DNA of 64,000 bases from Chloroflexota bacterium (GTDB taxonomy: Bacteria > Chloroflexota > Dehalococcoidia > Lucifugimonadales > JADFKI01). Under the pieces are notes generated by a model. That model was given only the letters and a program-made list of their open reading frames with translations, was not told the DNA's origin and did not search any database. The position numbers and the translations under genes were made by a program. Location: the NCBI GenBank assembly GCA_027623195.1, contig JAQBUT010000016.1, forward strand, positions 1 to 64,000. The letters are read 5' to 3'. Numbering within the stretch: position 1 is the first letter of the stretch; every line of letters begins with the position of its first letter. This document shows, piece after piece, positions 37,551 through 46,712 of this stretch.

Positions 37551-37916
37551 ATGGTAAGCGTTCCCGGTTTCCTGCTTCGTAGGCTCTACGTTAAGGAAAG
37601 CCTTAGAAATACACCTAACGGCTTTGAGTTCCAGCTCATGAACAAGTTGGGGTCCGGATATACTCATGGCATGTCACCTCTCATCGTGGATGGCGTAGAG
37701 CAGGTTTTGAGCCGATCATTCTTCATTCTGAACGACCAGGAGACTGCTTTCGATCAGATATCCCGGGACAATACGTTCACTCTGGCCATGAACAAAGCGA
37801 TTACAGTTTGGGTAGATGGCGTGACGCTGGAACCGGGCGCCCGGAAGATAGGGATGGGGTTTGATGTCCCTGGTCTTGGTACTCTAAAGTTCGACTTCAC
37901 TGACGTGATCGAGTAG
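37551..37916 (+). CDS. Hypothetical protein (predicted beta-sandwich)
   Basis: 121-aa ORF with RBS; stop overlaps the next start (TAGTG); beta-strand-rich. Confidence 0.75.
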   Translation: MVSVPGFLLRRLYVKESLRNTPNGFEFQLMNKLGSGYTHGMSPLIVDGVEQVLSRSFFILNDQETAFDQISRDNTFTLAMNKAITVWVDGVTLEPGARKIGMGFDVPGLGTLKFDFTDVIE

Positions 37917-38872
37917 TGACCTCTGGGATTCGAGGGATAGCTATCACGGGGGCGTCCGGCTACATAGGGGGCCAGCTTATCCGGCACTTGGACGGTCTGG
38001 ATAGCGTCGACCATATCCTCGCCACAGACATCCGTCCTCCTCGGCAGCAGTACTCAAGCAAGGTTGTGTTTGTTCAACACGATGTCACATTGCCCATGGA
38101 TGATCTGTTTCGAGAGCACGGCGTGGAAGCGGTAGCACACCTGGCGTTTGTGCTTAATCCAGATCGGCAGTACAAGACGGCGCTTCGAATCAATGTGCAC
38201 GGAGCCATGAATGTTATGCAATCGTGCGTTCTAGGTTACGTGCGGCATCTGGTATACCTTAGCAGCACGACAGTTTACGGGGCGCACCCAGATAACCCTG
38301 CCCTGCTAACCGAAGAATCACCCGTGCGTCCTGTGAAGGGCTTCCGATACGGTGAGACCAAGGCGAGTGCGGACCTCTACCTACAAGGTGATCTGATGGC
38401 AGACGCTGCTTGCGACGTATCGATACTGCGGTCATGCCCGGTACTTGGTCCAAACGCAGACAACTTCGTAGCCCAGTCCTTCTCGCGATCCACGTTGGTG
38501 GGTATTAGAGGCTTCGATCCTCCAATGCAGTTCATCCACGAGGATGACATGGTTGCGGTTCTGGCACATTGCCTGCTGAACAAAGTCAACGGCATCTACA
38601 ACGTTGGCGGTGATGGGGCAGTTGCTTGGGATGAAATGGCGCGTTTGGCTGGAAAGCGCCTGTTGAGAATGCCTGCGCCGCTGCTTTATGGCCTGACTAG
38701 TCTCACCTGGGCGCTTCGACTGCAAAATAGCTCCCCGGCATCCGGGCTAAACTTCATTCGCTACCCGTTCTTGGCCTCCACACAGAAGCTTGAACGAGAG
38801 CACGGACTGAAGGCAAAGTATACTTCCCGTGACGCTTGGGAGGCCTTCGTCGCAAGCAGGAATAAGATATGA
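37916..38872 (+). CDS. NAD-dependent epimerase/dehydratase (extended SDR)
   Basis: TGASGYIG, HLAF, SSTTVYG, YGETK, QFIHEDD. Confidence 0.88.
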   Translation: MTSGIRGIAITGASGYIGGQLIRHLDGLDSVDHILATDIRPPRQQYSSKVVFVQHDVTLPMDDLFREHGVEAVAHLAFVLNPDRQYKTALRINVHGAMNVMQSCVLGYVRHLVYLSSTTVYGAHPDNPALLTEESPVRPVKGFRYGETKASADLYLQGDLMADAACDVSILRSCPVLGPNADNFVAQSFSRSTLVGIRGFDPPMQFIHEDDMVAVLAHCLLNKVNGIYNVGGDGAVAWDEMARLAGKRLLRMPAPLLYGLTSLTWALRLQNSSPASGLNFIRYPFLASTQKLEREHGLKAKYTSRDAWEAFVASRNKI

Positions 38873-39756
38873 AAGTGTTGATCGACACGGACCCTGGCAC
38901 CGACGATGCTCTTGCCTTGATCTTGGCGCTTAATTCGCCTGCATTAGAGATTCTTGGCCTAACGACCGTGGCTGGTAATGCTTCGCTGGCCCTCACCACT
39001 CGTAACGCCCTGCGTATTCTTGAATATATGGGCCACCCAGACATTCCCGTTTACAGGGGAGCCTCCCGGCCACTCAAGGGGCACTTCACCTACGCCTACT
39101 ACTACCACGGCCCCGCTGGATTGACGGTGCGACTTCCTACGCCAAAGTCGAAACCCTCCGCCGTCGCGGCTCGCCAGGCTATTGTGGACTCCGCCAAAGC
39201 CTATCCAGGCGAGCTTACCCTGATTGCATTGGGTCCCCTAACTAACGTTGCCCGGGCAATCCAGGACGAGCCAGCTTTGCCGGAATTGCTGAAAGAAATC
39301 TACGTCATGGGTGGCGCTGTTAACGTGCCGGGCAACGTGACGCCCTACGCGGAGTTCAACATTTATGACGATGCGGAGGCCGCTAACGTAGTCTTTTCGT
39401 CCGATGCCAAGATAACGCTGGTGGGGTTGGACGTATGCCACGAGCCGTCTGTTTTGCGCGATGACGCCGAATGGTTCAGCGGGAAATCCCTGGGCGAAAA
39501 GCTGGTGGCTCGCATTATAAGAAACTGGTTCAAAATGCGCCCCGATGACGACCGGTATAACCTTTGCGATCCCCTGACCGTGCTAGCTTCCCTCAGGCCA
39601 GAGCTTTTCACCTATAAACAGGCCTCCGTACAGGTCGAAACCCAGGGGGAACGTCTAGGCGAGACCACCGCAGAGTTCGGCTCTGGCCGAGTGCGGGTGG
39701 CCGTAGATATCGATGTTGCGGCCGCCAAAGATGGCGTCCTGGCAGGGTTGGGCTAG
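38869..39756 (+). CDS. Nucleoside hydrolase (IU-NH family, LCDP variant)
   Basis: DTDPGTDDA, TVAGN, GPLTN, MGG, AEFN, LCDP. Confidence 0.9.
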   Translation: MKVLIDTDPGTDDALALILALNSPALEILGLTTVAGNASLALTTRNALRILEYMGHPDIPVYRGASRPLKGHFTYAYYYHGPAGLTVRLPTPKSKPSAVAARQAIVDSAKAYPGELTLIALGPLTNVARAIQDEPALPELLKEIYVMGGAVNVPGNVTPYAEFNIYDDAEAANVVFSSDAKITLVGLDVCHEPSVLRDDAEWFSGKSLGEKLVARIIRNWFKMRPDDDRYNLCDPLTVLASLRPELFTYKQASVQVETQGERLGETTAEFGSGRVRVAVDIDVAAAKDGVLAGLG

Positions 39757-39810
39757 GCAACGGCCCCGTTGCCGTTCTAACAGGCGTTGCCGGAAAACCT
39801 GGACTAACTG

Positions 39811-39872
39811 TTGACCGTCCCTGGCGTCGGTGCTATATTACCAGTAGGATTGTTGACTAAAATCATCAACAA
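39811..39872 (+). promoter_or_regulatory. suf promoter with downstream Rrf2/IscR-like palindromic operator
   Basis: TTGACC-N17-TATATT (39811-39839); TTGTTGA-CTAAAATCA-TCAACAA (39850-39872). Confidence 0.7.
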
Positions 39873-39901
39873 AGAGTTTTACTCTCAGGAGAACATAAAA
39901 T

Positions 39902-41362
39902 ATGACCGAACAAAGGGTCATTTCCCGTGCAACCGGAGTAGAAGACAACGAATATAAATGGGGCTTCGACTTCGATATTGAATCGGACAAAGCTCCCAAA
40001 GGACTCAGCGAGGACATTGTCCGGCTGATATCCCAAAAAAAAGGCGAGCCTGAGTGGATGTTGGAATGGCGTCTTAAGGCCTACAAGTACTGGTTGACCC
40101 TCGATAATGAGGAGCCAAAATGGGCCAACATCGACTACCCGCCCATCGACTTTCAGGACATGTACTACTACGCGGCACCCAAGTCGTCGGCCGAAGCTCC
40201 TCAGAGCATGGATGACGTGGACCCTGAAATACGGGAGGCCTTCAACAAGCTGGGCATACCTTTGATTGAGCAGCAACGCCTGAGCGGCGTGGCCGTGGAC
40301 GCAGTGCTGGACAGCGCATCCGTGGCCACCACCTATCGCAAGATGCTTGAGGAAGTGGGCGTTATATTCTGCTCCGTCAGCGAGGCCGTGAAGACCCACC
40401 CTGACCTCGTAAAGAAGTACCTTGGTTCAGTGGTTCCCTATACGGACAACTTCTTCGCTGCCCTAAACGCTGGGGTTTTCAGCGACGGTTCCTTCGTCTA
40501 CGTACCTCCGGGAGTGCGTTGCCCCATCGAATTGATGACCTACTTCCGCATCAACGAACTGAACACGGGACAGTTCGAGCGAACCCTGATTATCGCGGAC
40601 AAGGGCAGCTACGTAAGCTACCTTGAAGGCTGCACAGCGCCTATGCGCAAGACACATCAACTCCACGCTGCAGTTGTTGAGCTTATAGCGCTGGACGATG
40701 CGGAAATCAAGTACTCGACATTGCAGAACTGGTTTCCTGGTGATAAGGAAGGCAACGGCGGAGTCTACAATTTCGTGACGAAGCGTGGCGCCGCAAGGGG
40801 CAAGAACTCGAAGATATCCTGGACGCAGGTGGAGACAGGCTCGGCCATCACGTGGAAGTACCCCAGCGTCATTTTGCAGGGTGACAACTCCGTGGGTGAG
40901 TTCTACTCCGTCGCGTTGGTAAACAACTACCAGCAGGCTGATACCGGCACGAAGATGATCCACATCGGCAAGAACACAAAAAGCACGATCATCGCCAAGG
41001 GCATATCCGCTGGTAAGGCGCAAAACACGTATCGCGGCCAGGTTAAAATAATGCCCTCGGCAACGAACGCTCGGAACTTTACGCAGTGCGATTCGCTCCT
41101 CATAGGGGACAAGTGTGGCGCACACACAGTCCCGTATATAGAGGTGCGGAACCCCACGGCGCAGATGGCTCACGAGGCCACCACCTCCAAGGTCGACGAC
41201 AGTCAACTGTTCTACCTGCAACAACGCGGGATAGGCCTGGAGGACGCCAACTACATGATCATAAACGGCTTTTGTCGTGGCATCTTCAAGGAGTTGCCAT
41301 TCGAGTTCGCGGCTGAGGCCTCTCAGTTGCTAAGAGTAAATCTGGAGGGAACCGTAGGGTAA
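39902..41362 (+). CDS. sufB: Fe-S cluster assembly protein SufB
   Basis: [53 protein letters not shown]. Confidence 0.97.
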   Translation: MTEQRVISRATGVEDNEYKWGFDFDIESDKAPKGLSEDIVRLISQKKGEPEWMLEWRLKAYKYWLTLDNEEPKWANIDYPPIDFQDMYYYAAPKSSAEAPQSMDDVDPEIREAFNKLGIPLIEQQRLSGVAVDAVLDSASVATTYRKMLEEVGVIFCSVSEAVKTHPDLVKKYLGSVVPYTDNFFAALNAGVFSDGSFVYVPPGVRCPIELMTYFRINELNTGQFERTLIIADKGSYVSYLEGCTAPMRKTHQLHAAVVELIALDDAEIKYSTLQNWFPGDKEGNGGVYNFVTKRGAARGKNSKISWTQVETGSAITWKYPSVILQGDNSVGEFYSVALVNNYQQADTGTKMIHIGKNTKSTIIAKGISAGKAQNTYRGQVKIMPSATNARNFTQCDSLLIGDKCGAHTVPYIEVRNPTAQMAHEATTSKVDDSQLFYLQQRGIGLEDANYMIINGFCRGIFKELPFEFAAEASQLLRVNLEGTVG

Positions 41363-41364
41363 AG

Positions 41365-42144
41365 ATGACTCAGGAAATCAAGAATAGCCCAGTGCTTGAG
41401 GTCATAGACCTCCACGTTTCAATCGAAGATAAAGAGATACTAAAGGGCGTTAACCTGACCGTTAACATCGGCGAGGTACACGCTATCATGGGTCCAAACG
41501 GCTCAGGTAAGAGTACTCTCGCCAATGTTTTGGCGGGGCGACCTGAATACACGGTCACTGGAGGCCAGGTCCTGTATAAGGGCATGGACCTTCTCAGCAT
41601 GCTGCCGGAATTGCGCGCTCGCGAAGGCATATTCCTTGCCTTCCAGTACCCGGTGGAGTTGCCGGGAGTTCGCACGTGGCAGTTCCTGAAGGCCTCTGTA
41701 GACGCCATTCGACAGCACAGGGGCGAGAAAGTGCTGAGCGTCCGTGAATTCGACAAACTTTTGGATGAAAAGCGTGAGATCGTCGAGATGGACACGGATC
41801 TGGTGAAGCGCTCGGTAAACGAGGGTTTCTCCGGCGGAGAGAAGAAGCGGAACGAGATAATGCAAATGGCGCTTCTCGATCCCACATTGGCGCTGCTAGA
41901 CGAGACGGACTCGGGTCTCGACATCGACGCCTTGAGGATTGTCTCCGAGGGCGTTAATAAGGTACGTTCCGACAAGAACGCCTTCGTTCTCGTGACACAC
42001 TACCAACGAATTCTGAACTACATAACGCCAGACTATGTACATGTACTGGTAGATGGCAGTATCGTGCGCTCGGGAGGCCGTGAGCTAGCCCTGGAACTTG
42101 AAGACAAGGGCTACGAATGGCTGCGAGACCAGGTAGCGGTGTAG
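41365..42144 (+). CDS. sufC: Fe-S cluster assembly ATPase SufC
   Basis: GPNGSGKST, FLAFQYP, GFSGGEKKRNE, LDETDSGLDIDAL. Confidence 0.97.
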   Translation: MTQEIKNSPVLEVIDLHVSIEDKEILKGVNLTVNIGEVHAIMGPNGSGKSTLANVLAGRPEYTVTGGQVLYKGMDLLSMLPELRAREGIFLAFQYPVELPGVRTWQFLKASVDAIRQHRGEKVLSVREFDKLLDEKREIVEMDTDLVKRSVNEGFSGGEKKRNEIMQMALLDPTLALLDETDSGLDIDALRIVSEGVNKVRSDKNAFVLVTHYQRILNYITPDYVHVLVDGSIVRSGGRELALELEDKGYEWLRDQVAV

Positions 42145-42157
42145 GTTAAGCCAATAT

Positions 42158-43492
42158 ATGACACAGACACTAACTAAATACCAACAGTACGAAACGGACT
42201 ACAAGAGCTTCGATGACTCGATTGGCAGCGGCCAGCCCGAGTGGCTACGGTCGATGCGGCTAAGTGCATGGTCACGCTTTCAGGAGCTAGGCTTTCCGAC
42301 AGCGCGGCGAGGCAACGAGCCCTGGAAGTACACCAACGTGGGGCCTATAGCCGACGCAAGTTTGGCTTTGGCTACCAAGCCAGCGCAGGTTACCCTCGAT
42401 CAGATCAAGGCCACAGCGCCTTGGGACGATAGCTGGCTCAACATGGTTTTTGTAGACGGACATTACGTCTCTGAATATTCCGGAAGCGCGTCTGGCAACG
42501 TCACGGTGACTAGCCTCGCGCAGGCCATTGCTAACGGCGACGAATTGGTAGAGCAACACCTGGGGCAAGCTCCTCAGTTCGAGGAAGCCGACGGGTTCGT
42601 CTCTCTTAACACGGCGTTCGTGCGGGACGGCGCGGTGCTCCACATCAAACAAGGTGTTACCGCTGATAAGCCCGTTCACCTGCTCTTCGTTTCTTCGGGA
42701 GCAGATGAGGCCACAGTGTCCCATCCCAGGGTACTCCTGGTGTGCGAGGCCAACAGTAAGGCCACACTAATCGAGAGCTTTGTCGGCCTGGACGAGAACG
42801 TCTACTTCACCAATGCCATCACCGAGATTTCGATGGCCTCAGGCGCAGAGCTGCAGCACTACCGACTAATGCAGGAGAGCGAAAAAAGCTTCCACGTTGG
42901 GTCCGCCCGCGTTCAACAAGAGTCGGATAGCGTCTACAGGTCCAAGGTGTTCGAGAGGAAAGTCGGCCTCGGTAGGTTCGACCTCTACACCAACATGGAT
43001 GGCGAGGGCTCCAGTTGTGACCTGAAGGGCCTTTACTACACGTCGGGCTCGCAGCACGTGGACAATTACATAAACATCAACCATCAGAAACCGCACTCCA
43101 CTAGCCGTCTGTACTACAAGGGCATTCTGGACGGGAAATCCAGGGCCGTATTTGGCGGGACGGTTTACGTGCAGCCTGGCGCCATCAAGACGGACTCTCG
43201 TCAAGAGGACAAGAACCTGGTGCTTTCGCCCGACGCAGAGGTGGATAGCAAACCGGCTCTTTTCATATACGCCGACGATGTAGTTTGTGGCCACGGCGCA
43301 ACAGCCGGCAACATTGACCAGGACACGGTGTTCTATATGCGGAGTCGCGGTCTGGATCTTGAAGCGGCCAGCCGTCAACTGATCTACGGATTCGCGGATG
43401 AGATCATCGAGGCTGTGGAAGATGACGGCCTCCGCCAGTACCTTGAAAAGCTGTTCCTGGAATCTCTTCCCAGCTACAAGTTTGAATTCTAA
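42158..43492 (+). CDS. sufD: Fe-S cluster assembly protein SufD
   Basis: E.WKYT, KGILD..SRAVF.G, KP.L.IYADDV.CGHGAT, FYMRSRG. Confidence 0.95.
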   Translation: MTQTLTKYQQYETDYKSFDDSIGSGQPEWLRSMRLSAWSRFQELGFPTARRGNEPWKYTNVGPIADASLALATKPAQVTLDQIKATAPWDDSWLNMVFVDGHYVSEYSGSASGNVTVTSLAQAIANGDELVEQHLGQAPQFEEADGFVSLNTAFVRDGAVLHIKQGVTADKPVHLLFVSSGADEATVSHPRVLLVCEANSKATLIESFVGLDENVYFTNAITEISMASGAELQHYRLMQESEKSFHVGSARVQQESDSVYRSKVFERKVGLGRFDLYTNMDGEGSSCDLKGLYYTSGSQHVDNYININHQKPHSTSRLYYKGILDGKSRAVFGGTVYVQPGAIKTDSRQEDKNLVLSPDAEVDSKPALFIYADDVVCGHGATAGNIDQDTVFYMRSRGLDLEAASRQLIYGFADEIIEAVEDDGLRQYLEKLFLESLPSYKFEF

Positions 43493-43672
43493 CTTTAAGT
43501 AGAGTTTTCAAGCGAGTGTTATCTGGCAGAGCCGGATTGCCCGTTATGGCATTTTCAGGTCGGAGCTAAATTTTGGCTGGTGTGTTCTGAGGCTTTCGAT
43601 GGGAGGTATCCCGCTAGCGAAAGTACCTCGTCGTTGGATTGGAACATAAGATGAGCCGGAAAATATAGAAAA

Positions 43673-44122
43673 ATGTACGATTTACAAGAGCTATACCAGG
43701 AAGTTGTGATGGACCATAATCGCAGTCCACGCAACTTCCGTAAATTGGGAAATGCTAACCGGTCGGCGGAGGGCTTCAACCCTCTGTGCGGTGACCAGAT
43801 CACGTTGTACTTGGAAGTGGACGACGACGATAAGATCAAGGACATCGGCTTTCAAGCTGGAGGTTGCGCTATATCCAAAGCGTCAGCTTCAATGATGACG
43901 GACGTTGTCAAAGGCGTCAGCGTGAAAGAGGCTGAACACATTTTCAATAATTTTCGTCAGATGATAACCCAGGAAGACTACGATGCCGAAATTCTAGGCG
44001 ACGCGGAGATACTATCCGGTGTCTCGCAATATCCGGCGCGAATCAAATGCGCAGTGCTATCTTGGCACACGCTGAAGTCTGCGCTAGATGGCGCTGACAC
44101 TCAGCGAATTACCACCGAATAA
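43673..44122 (+). CDS. sufU: SufU/NifU-like sulfur transfer protein (copy 1)
   Basis: LYQEVVMDH..SPRN, NPLCGD, GCAIS.AS, RIKCA. Confidence 0.93.
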   Translation: MYDLQELYQEVVMDHNRSPRNFRKLGNANRSAEGFNPLCGDQITLYLEVDDDDKIKDIGFQAGGCAISKASASMMTDVVKGVSVKEAEHIFNNFRQMITQEDYDAEILGDAEILSGVSQYPARIKCAVLSWHTLKSALDGADTQRITTE

Positions 44123-44142
44123 CGGGGCAGAGGTATTTCCCA

Positions 44143-44580
44143 ATGAACATTCCCATTAAAGTCGACTACGGGGTGCGGGCGCTGGTTGATATTGCCATGA
44201 ACGGCGATGGTAACCCGGTGAGGGCCAGCGTGATAGCGGGCCGGACATCTATACCGGAGCCTTACCTGGCACAGGTGCTGCATGGGCTTAGCAGGAATGG
44301 CATCATCAAGAGCGTGCGCGGCCCTCTGGGTGGTCACTTACTGGCCAAGCCACCCTCCGAGATACGTCTAAGCAAGGTTATGGCCTGCCTGGGTGGCACC
44401 GAGACCCCCGTGGCCTGTTTGGATGACGCATCGTCATGTATCCATGTCCCTGCATGTGCTCAGAGAGAAGTTTGGCGAAATGTTGCAGAAACTGTGTTCA
44501 AGATCTTAGACTCTACAACTATAGAAGACCTGGTCAACAGGACTCGTTCAAATCCGGCGCGAATTGAGGCCGTAGTTTAG
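44143..44580 (+). CDS. Rrf2-family (IscR-like) transcriptional regulator
   Basis: DYGVRAL, YLAQVL, SVRGPLGG, three Cys (CLDDASSCIHVPAC). Confidence 0.9.
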   Translation: MNIPIKVDYGVRALVDIAMNGDGNPVRASVIAGRTSIPEPYLAQVLHGLSRNGIIKSVRGPLGGHLLAKPPSEIRLSKVMACLGGTETPVACLDDASSCIHVPACAQREVWRNVAETVFKILDSTTIEDLVNRTRSNPARIEAVV

Positions 44581-44627
44581 CACCAGGACTTTGGTTAGTC
44601 TAAATAACGTTCACAGGGGGTAAAGAA

Positions 44628-44933
44628 ATGGCGTTTCAAAAAGTAGGGAAAGTAGACGAGGTTCCCGAGGGCAAGTCCAAAGTATTCGAAGTTGGCAACA
44701 GACCCATCGCAGTTTGCAATTTCGAGGGCAAGCTTTACGGCATTGAGGACGTATGTACCCACGACGGGGCATCATTCAATGCCAGCGCTCTAATCGGTTG
44801 TGAAATCGAATGCCCTCGGCACGGCGCACGCTTCGACGTGACCAACGGCAAAGTCACGGACCTTCCTGCAGTTATGCCTGTTGAAACATTTGAAGTGCGT
44901 ATCGATGGAGACGACATCGAGATTGATGTCTAG
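44628..44933 (+). CDS. Rieske-type ferredoxin
   Basis: CTHD and CPRHGARFD. Confidence 0.92.
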   Translation: MAFQKVGKVDEVPEGKSKVFEVGNRPIAVCNFEGKLYGIEDVCTHDGASFNASALIGCEIECPRHGARFDVTNGKVTDLPAVMPVETFEVRIDGDDIEIDV

Positions 44934-44982
44934 GTCCACTCGCAATTATGTGGACTCTCTATTTCCGAAGGGATAGTGGAAT

Positions 44983-46233
44983 ATGCTCGACGTTAGCAAA
45001 ATAAGAGAGGACTTTCCGATCCTCTCCAAAAAAGTGTACGATGGCCAGCCTTTGATCTGGTTGGATTCTGCCGCGACATCGCAGAAGCCTCGTTCCGTAA
45101 TTCAGTCCATCGTGGACTACTACGAAGGCTTCAATGCCAACGTACATCGTGGTGTACACGCCCTTAGCATAGAGTCCACCGCGGCCTTTGAAGACGCCCG
45201 ACAGAAGGTTGCTGATTTCATTGGCGCCGAGAGTTCAGAGTGCATTATATGGACACGCAACACTACCGAGAGCATTAATCTCGTAGCGCACACATGGGCC
45301 CAGGAAAATATCCACGCCGGCGACGAGATTCTCGTTACGGCTTTGGAGCACCACAGCAATCTCGTGCCCTGGCAGAAGGTGGCTCGTGACAAGAAAGCCA
45401 CGCTCCGTATAATTCCGCTGGCCAAGGACCAGTCACTGGACCTGAGCGAGATTGATACGCTGATTAACCCGCGAACCAAGCTTGTTGCCATGGTTCAAAA
45501 GTCCAACTCCATCGGAACCACCAACCCTGTTAAAGAACTAGCCGCCAAGGCCAGGGCCGTCGGCGCAGCTGTGCTGGTGGATGGCGCACAGAGCGTCCCG
45601 CACATGCCGGTGGACGTGGCGGATATCGACTGCGATTTTCTGGCCTTCTCGGGCCACAAGATGTTGGGGCCCACGGGAATAGGTGTGCTGTACGTGAAGC
45701 ATGACATACTGGAGCGCATGGAGCCCTTCCTGCGTGGCGGTGATATGGTGCTCGAGGTTAGCTATGAGGATGCCTCTTGGAATAGCCTTCCTTGGCGCTT
45801 CGAGGCGGGCACTCCGAATATGGCGGGGGCCATAGGTATGGGCGCTGCCATCGATTATTTGAACGGGCTTGGCATGGAAAACGTCCGCGACCACGACATC
45901 CAGTTGACCAAACATGCCCTCGACTCCTTCAAGGAGCTGGAAGAGGAGTTGGAGATTTACGGGCCTAAAGACCCTGCTCTTCGGTCTGGGGTCGTCTCCT
46001 TTCACCACCCGGATGTGCACCCTCACGACCTGGGTACGGTGCTGGACAGACGAGGCATAGCCATACGCACAGGTCACCACTGCACCATGCCACTGGTAAG
46101 GTCGCTTGGTGTTCCTGCTACTGCAAGGGCTAGCTTCTACCTGTACAATACCAACGAAGAGGTCGATGCACTGCTGGACGGGATTAAAGAAGCCCTGAGG
46201 TATTTCGGGAATGGCGCTGGAACGGCTGGATGA
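44983..46233 (+). CDS. sufS: Cysteine desulfurase SufS
   Basis: LDSAATSQKP, ANVHRG, EHHSN, SGHKM.GPTG, RTGHHC. Confidence 0.96.
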   Translation: MLDVSKIREDFPILSKKVYDGQPLIWLDSAATSQKPRSVIQSIVDYYEGFNANVHRGVHALSIESTAAFEDARQKVADFIGAESSECIIWTRNTTESINLVAHTWAQENIHAGDEILVTALEHHSNLVPWQKVARDKKATLRIIPLAKDQSLDLSEIDTLINPRTKLVAMVQKSNSIGTTNPVKELAAKARAVGAAVLVDGAQSVPHMPVDVADIDCDFLAFSGHKMLGPTGIGVLYVKHDILERMEPFLRGGDMVLEVSYEDASWNSLPWRFEAGTPNMAGAIGMGAAIDYLNGLGMENVRDHDIQLTKHALDSFKELEEELEIYGPKDPALRSGVVSFHHPDVHPHDLGTVLDRRGIAIRTGHHCTMPLVRSLGVPATARASFYLYNTNEEVDALLDGIKEALRYFGNGAGTAG

Positions 46234-46660
46234 TCTTTATCGCGATGCTATATTGGAGCATCGCCGTAACCCTAGAAACGCCGATAAACTCGAAGACTTC
46301 GACACCACGGGTGACGCCGTTAACCCCTTCTGCGGCGACGAGATACACCTTCAGCTAAAGCAGGACGACAAGGGTCGTATTACTGCGGTGGGCCTGCAAG
46401 GCGAGGGCTGTTCTATCAACCGGGCATCAGGCTCAATGATGTCCGAGGCCGCCAAAGGCAAGACCCCTACGGAAATTCGCGCCCTTACCGACTGGGTAAG
46501 AAAGCTAATGCAGGGTGACCCTGAAGCCGAATCCCAATTGAGTCCCGAGGGTGACCTTCGAAATCTTTTCGGCGTGCGAGAGTACCCCATCCGCATCAAG
46601 TGTGCGCTGCTTCCCTGGTCCGCGCTGGACGAGGCGCTTTCCAAACTTTCCGACGGCTAG
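46211..46660 (+). CDS. sufU: SufU/NifU-like protein (copy 2)
   Basis: LYRDAILEH..NPRN, NPFCGD, GCSI..AS, RIKCALLPW; overlaps the sufS end. Confidence 0.9.
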   Translation: MALERLDDLYRDAILEHRRNPRNADKLEDFDTTGDAVNPFCGDEIHLQLKQDDKGRITAVGLQGEGCSINRASGSMMSEAAKGKTPTEIRALTDWVRKLMQGDPEAESQLSPEGDLRNLFGVREYPIRIKCALLPWSALDEALSKLSDG

Positions 46661-46712
46661 AGCGATAAAAACGAGTCCGCCCGTAAGCTTTCCCTTGGCC
46701 TCCGTTAAACCC

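Noticed and set aside
43493..43672. 180-bp gap inside the suf operon with a GAGGTA/TACCTC hairpin
   Set aside because: Only a short stem, with no ORF or recognisable RNA family.
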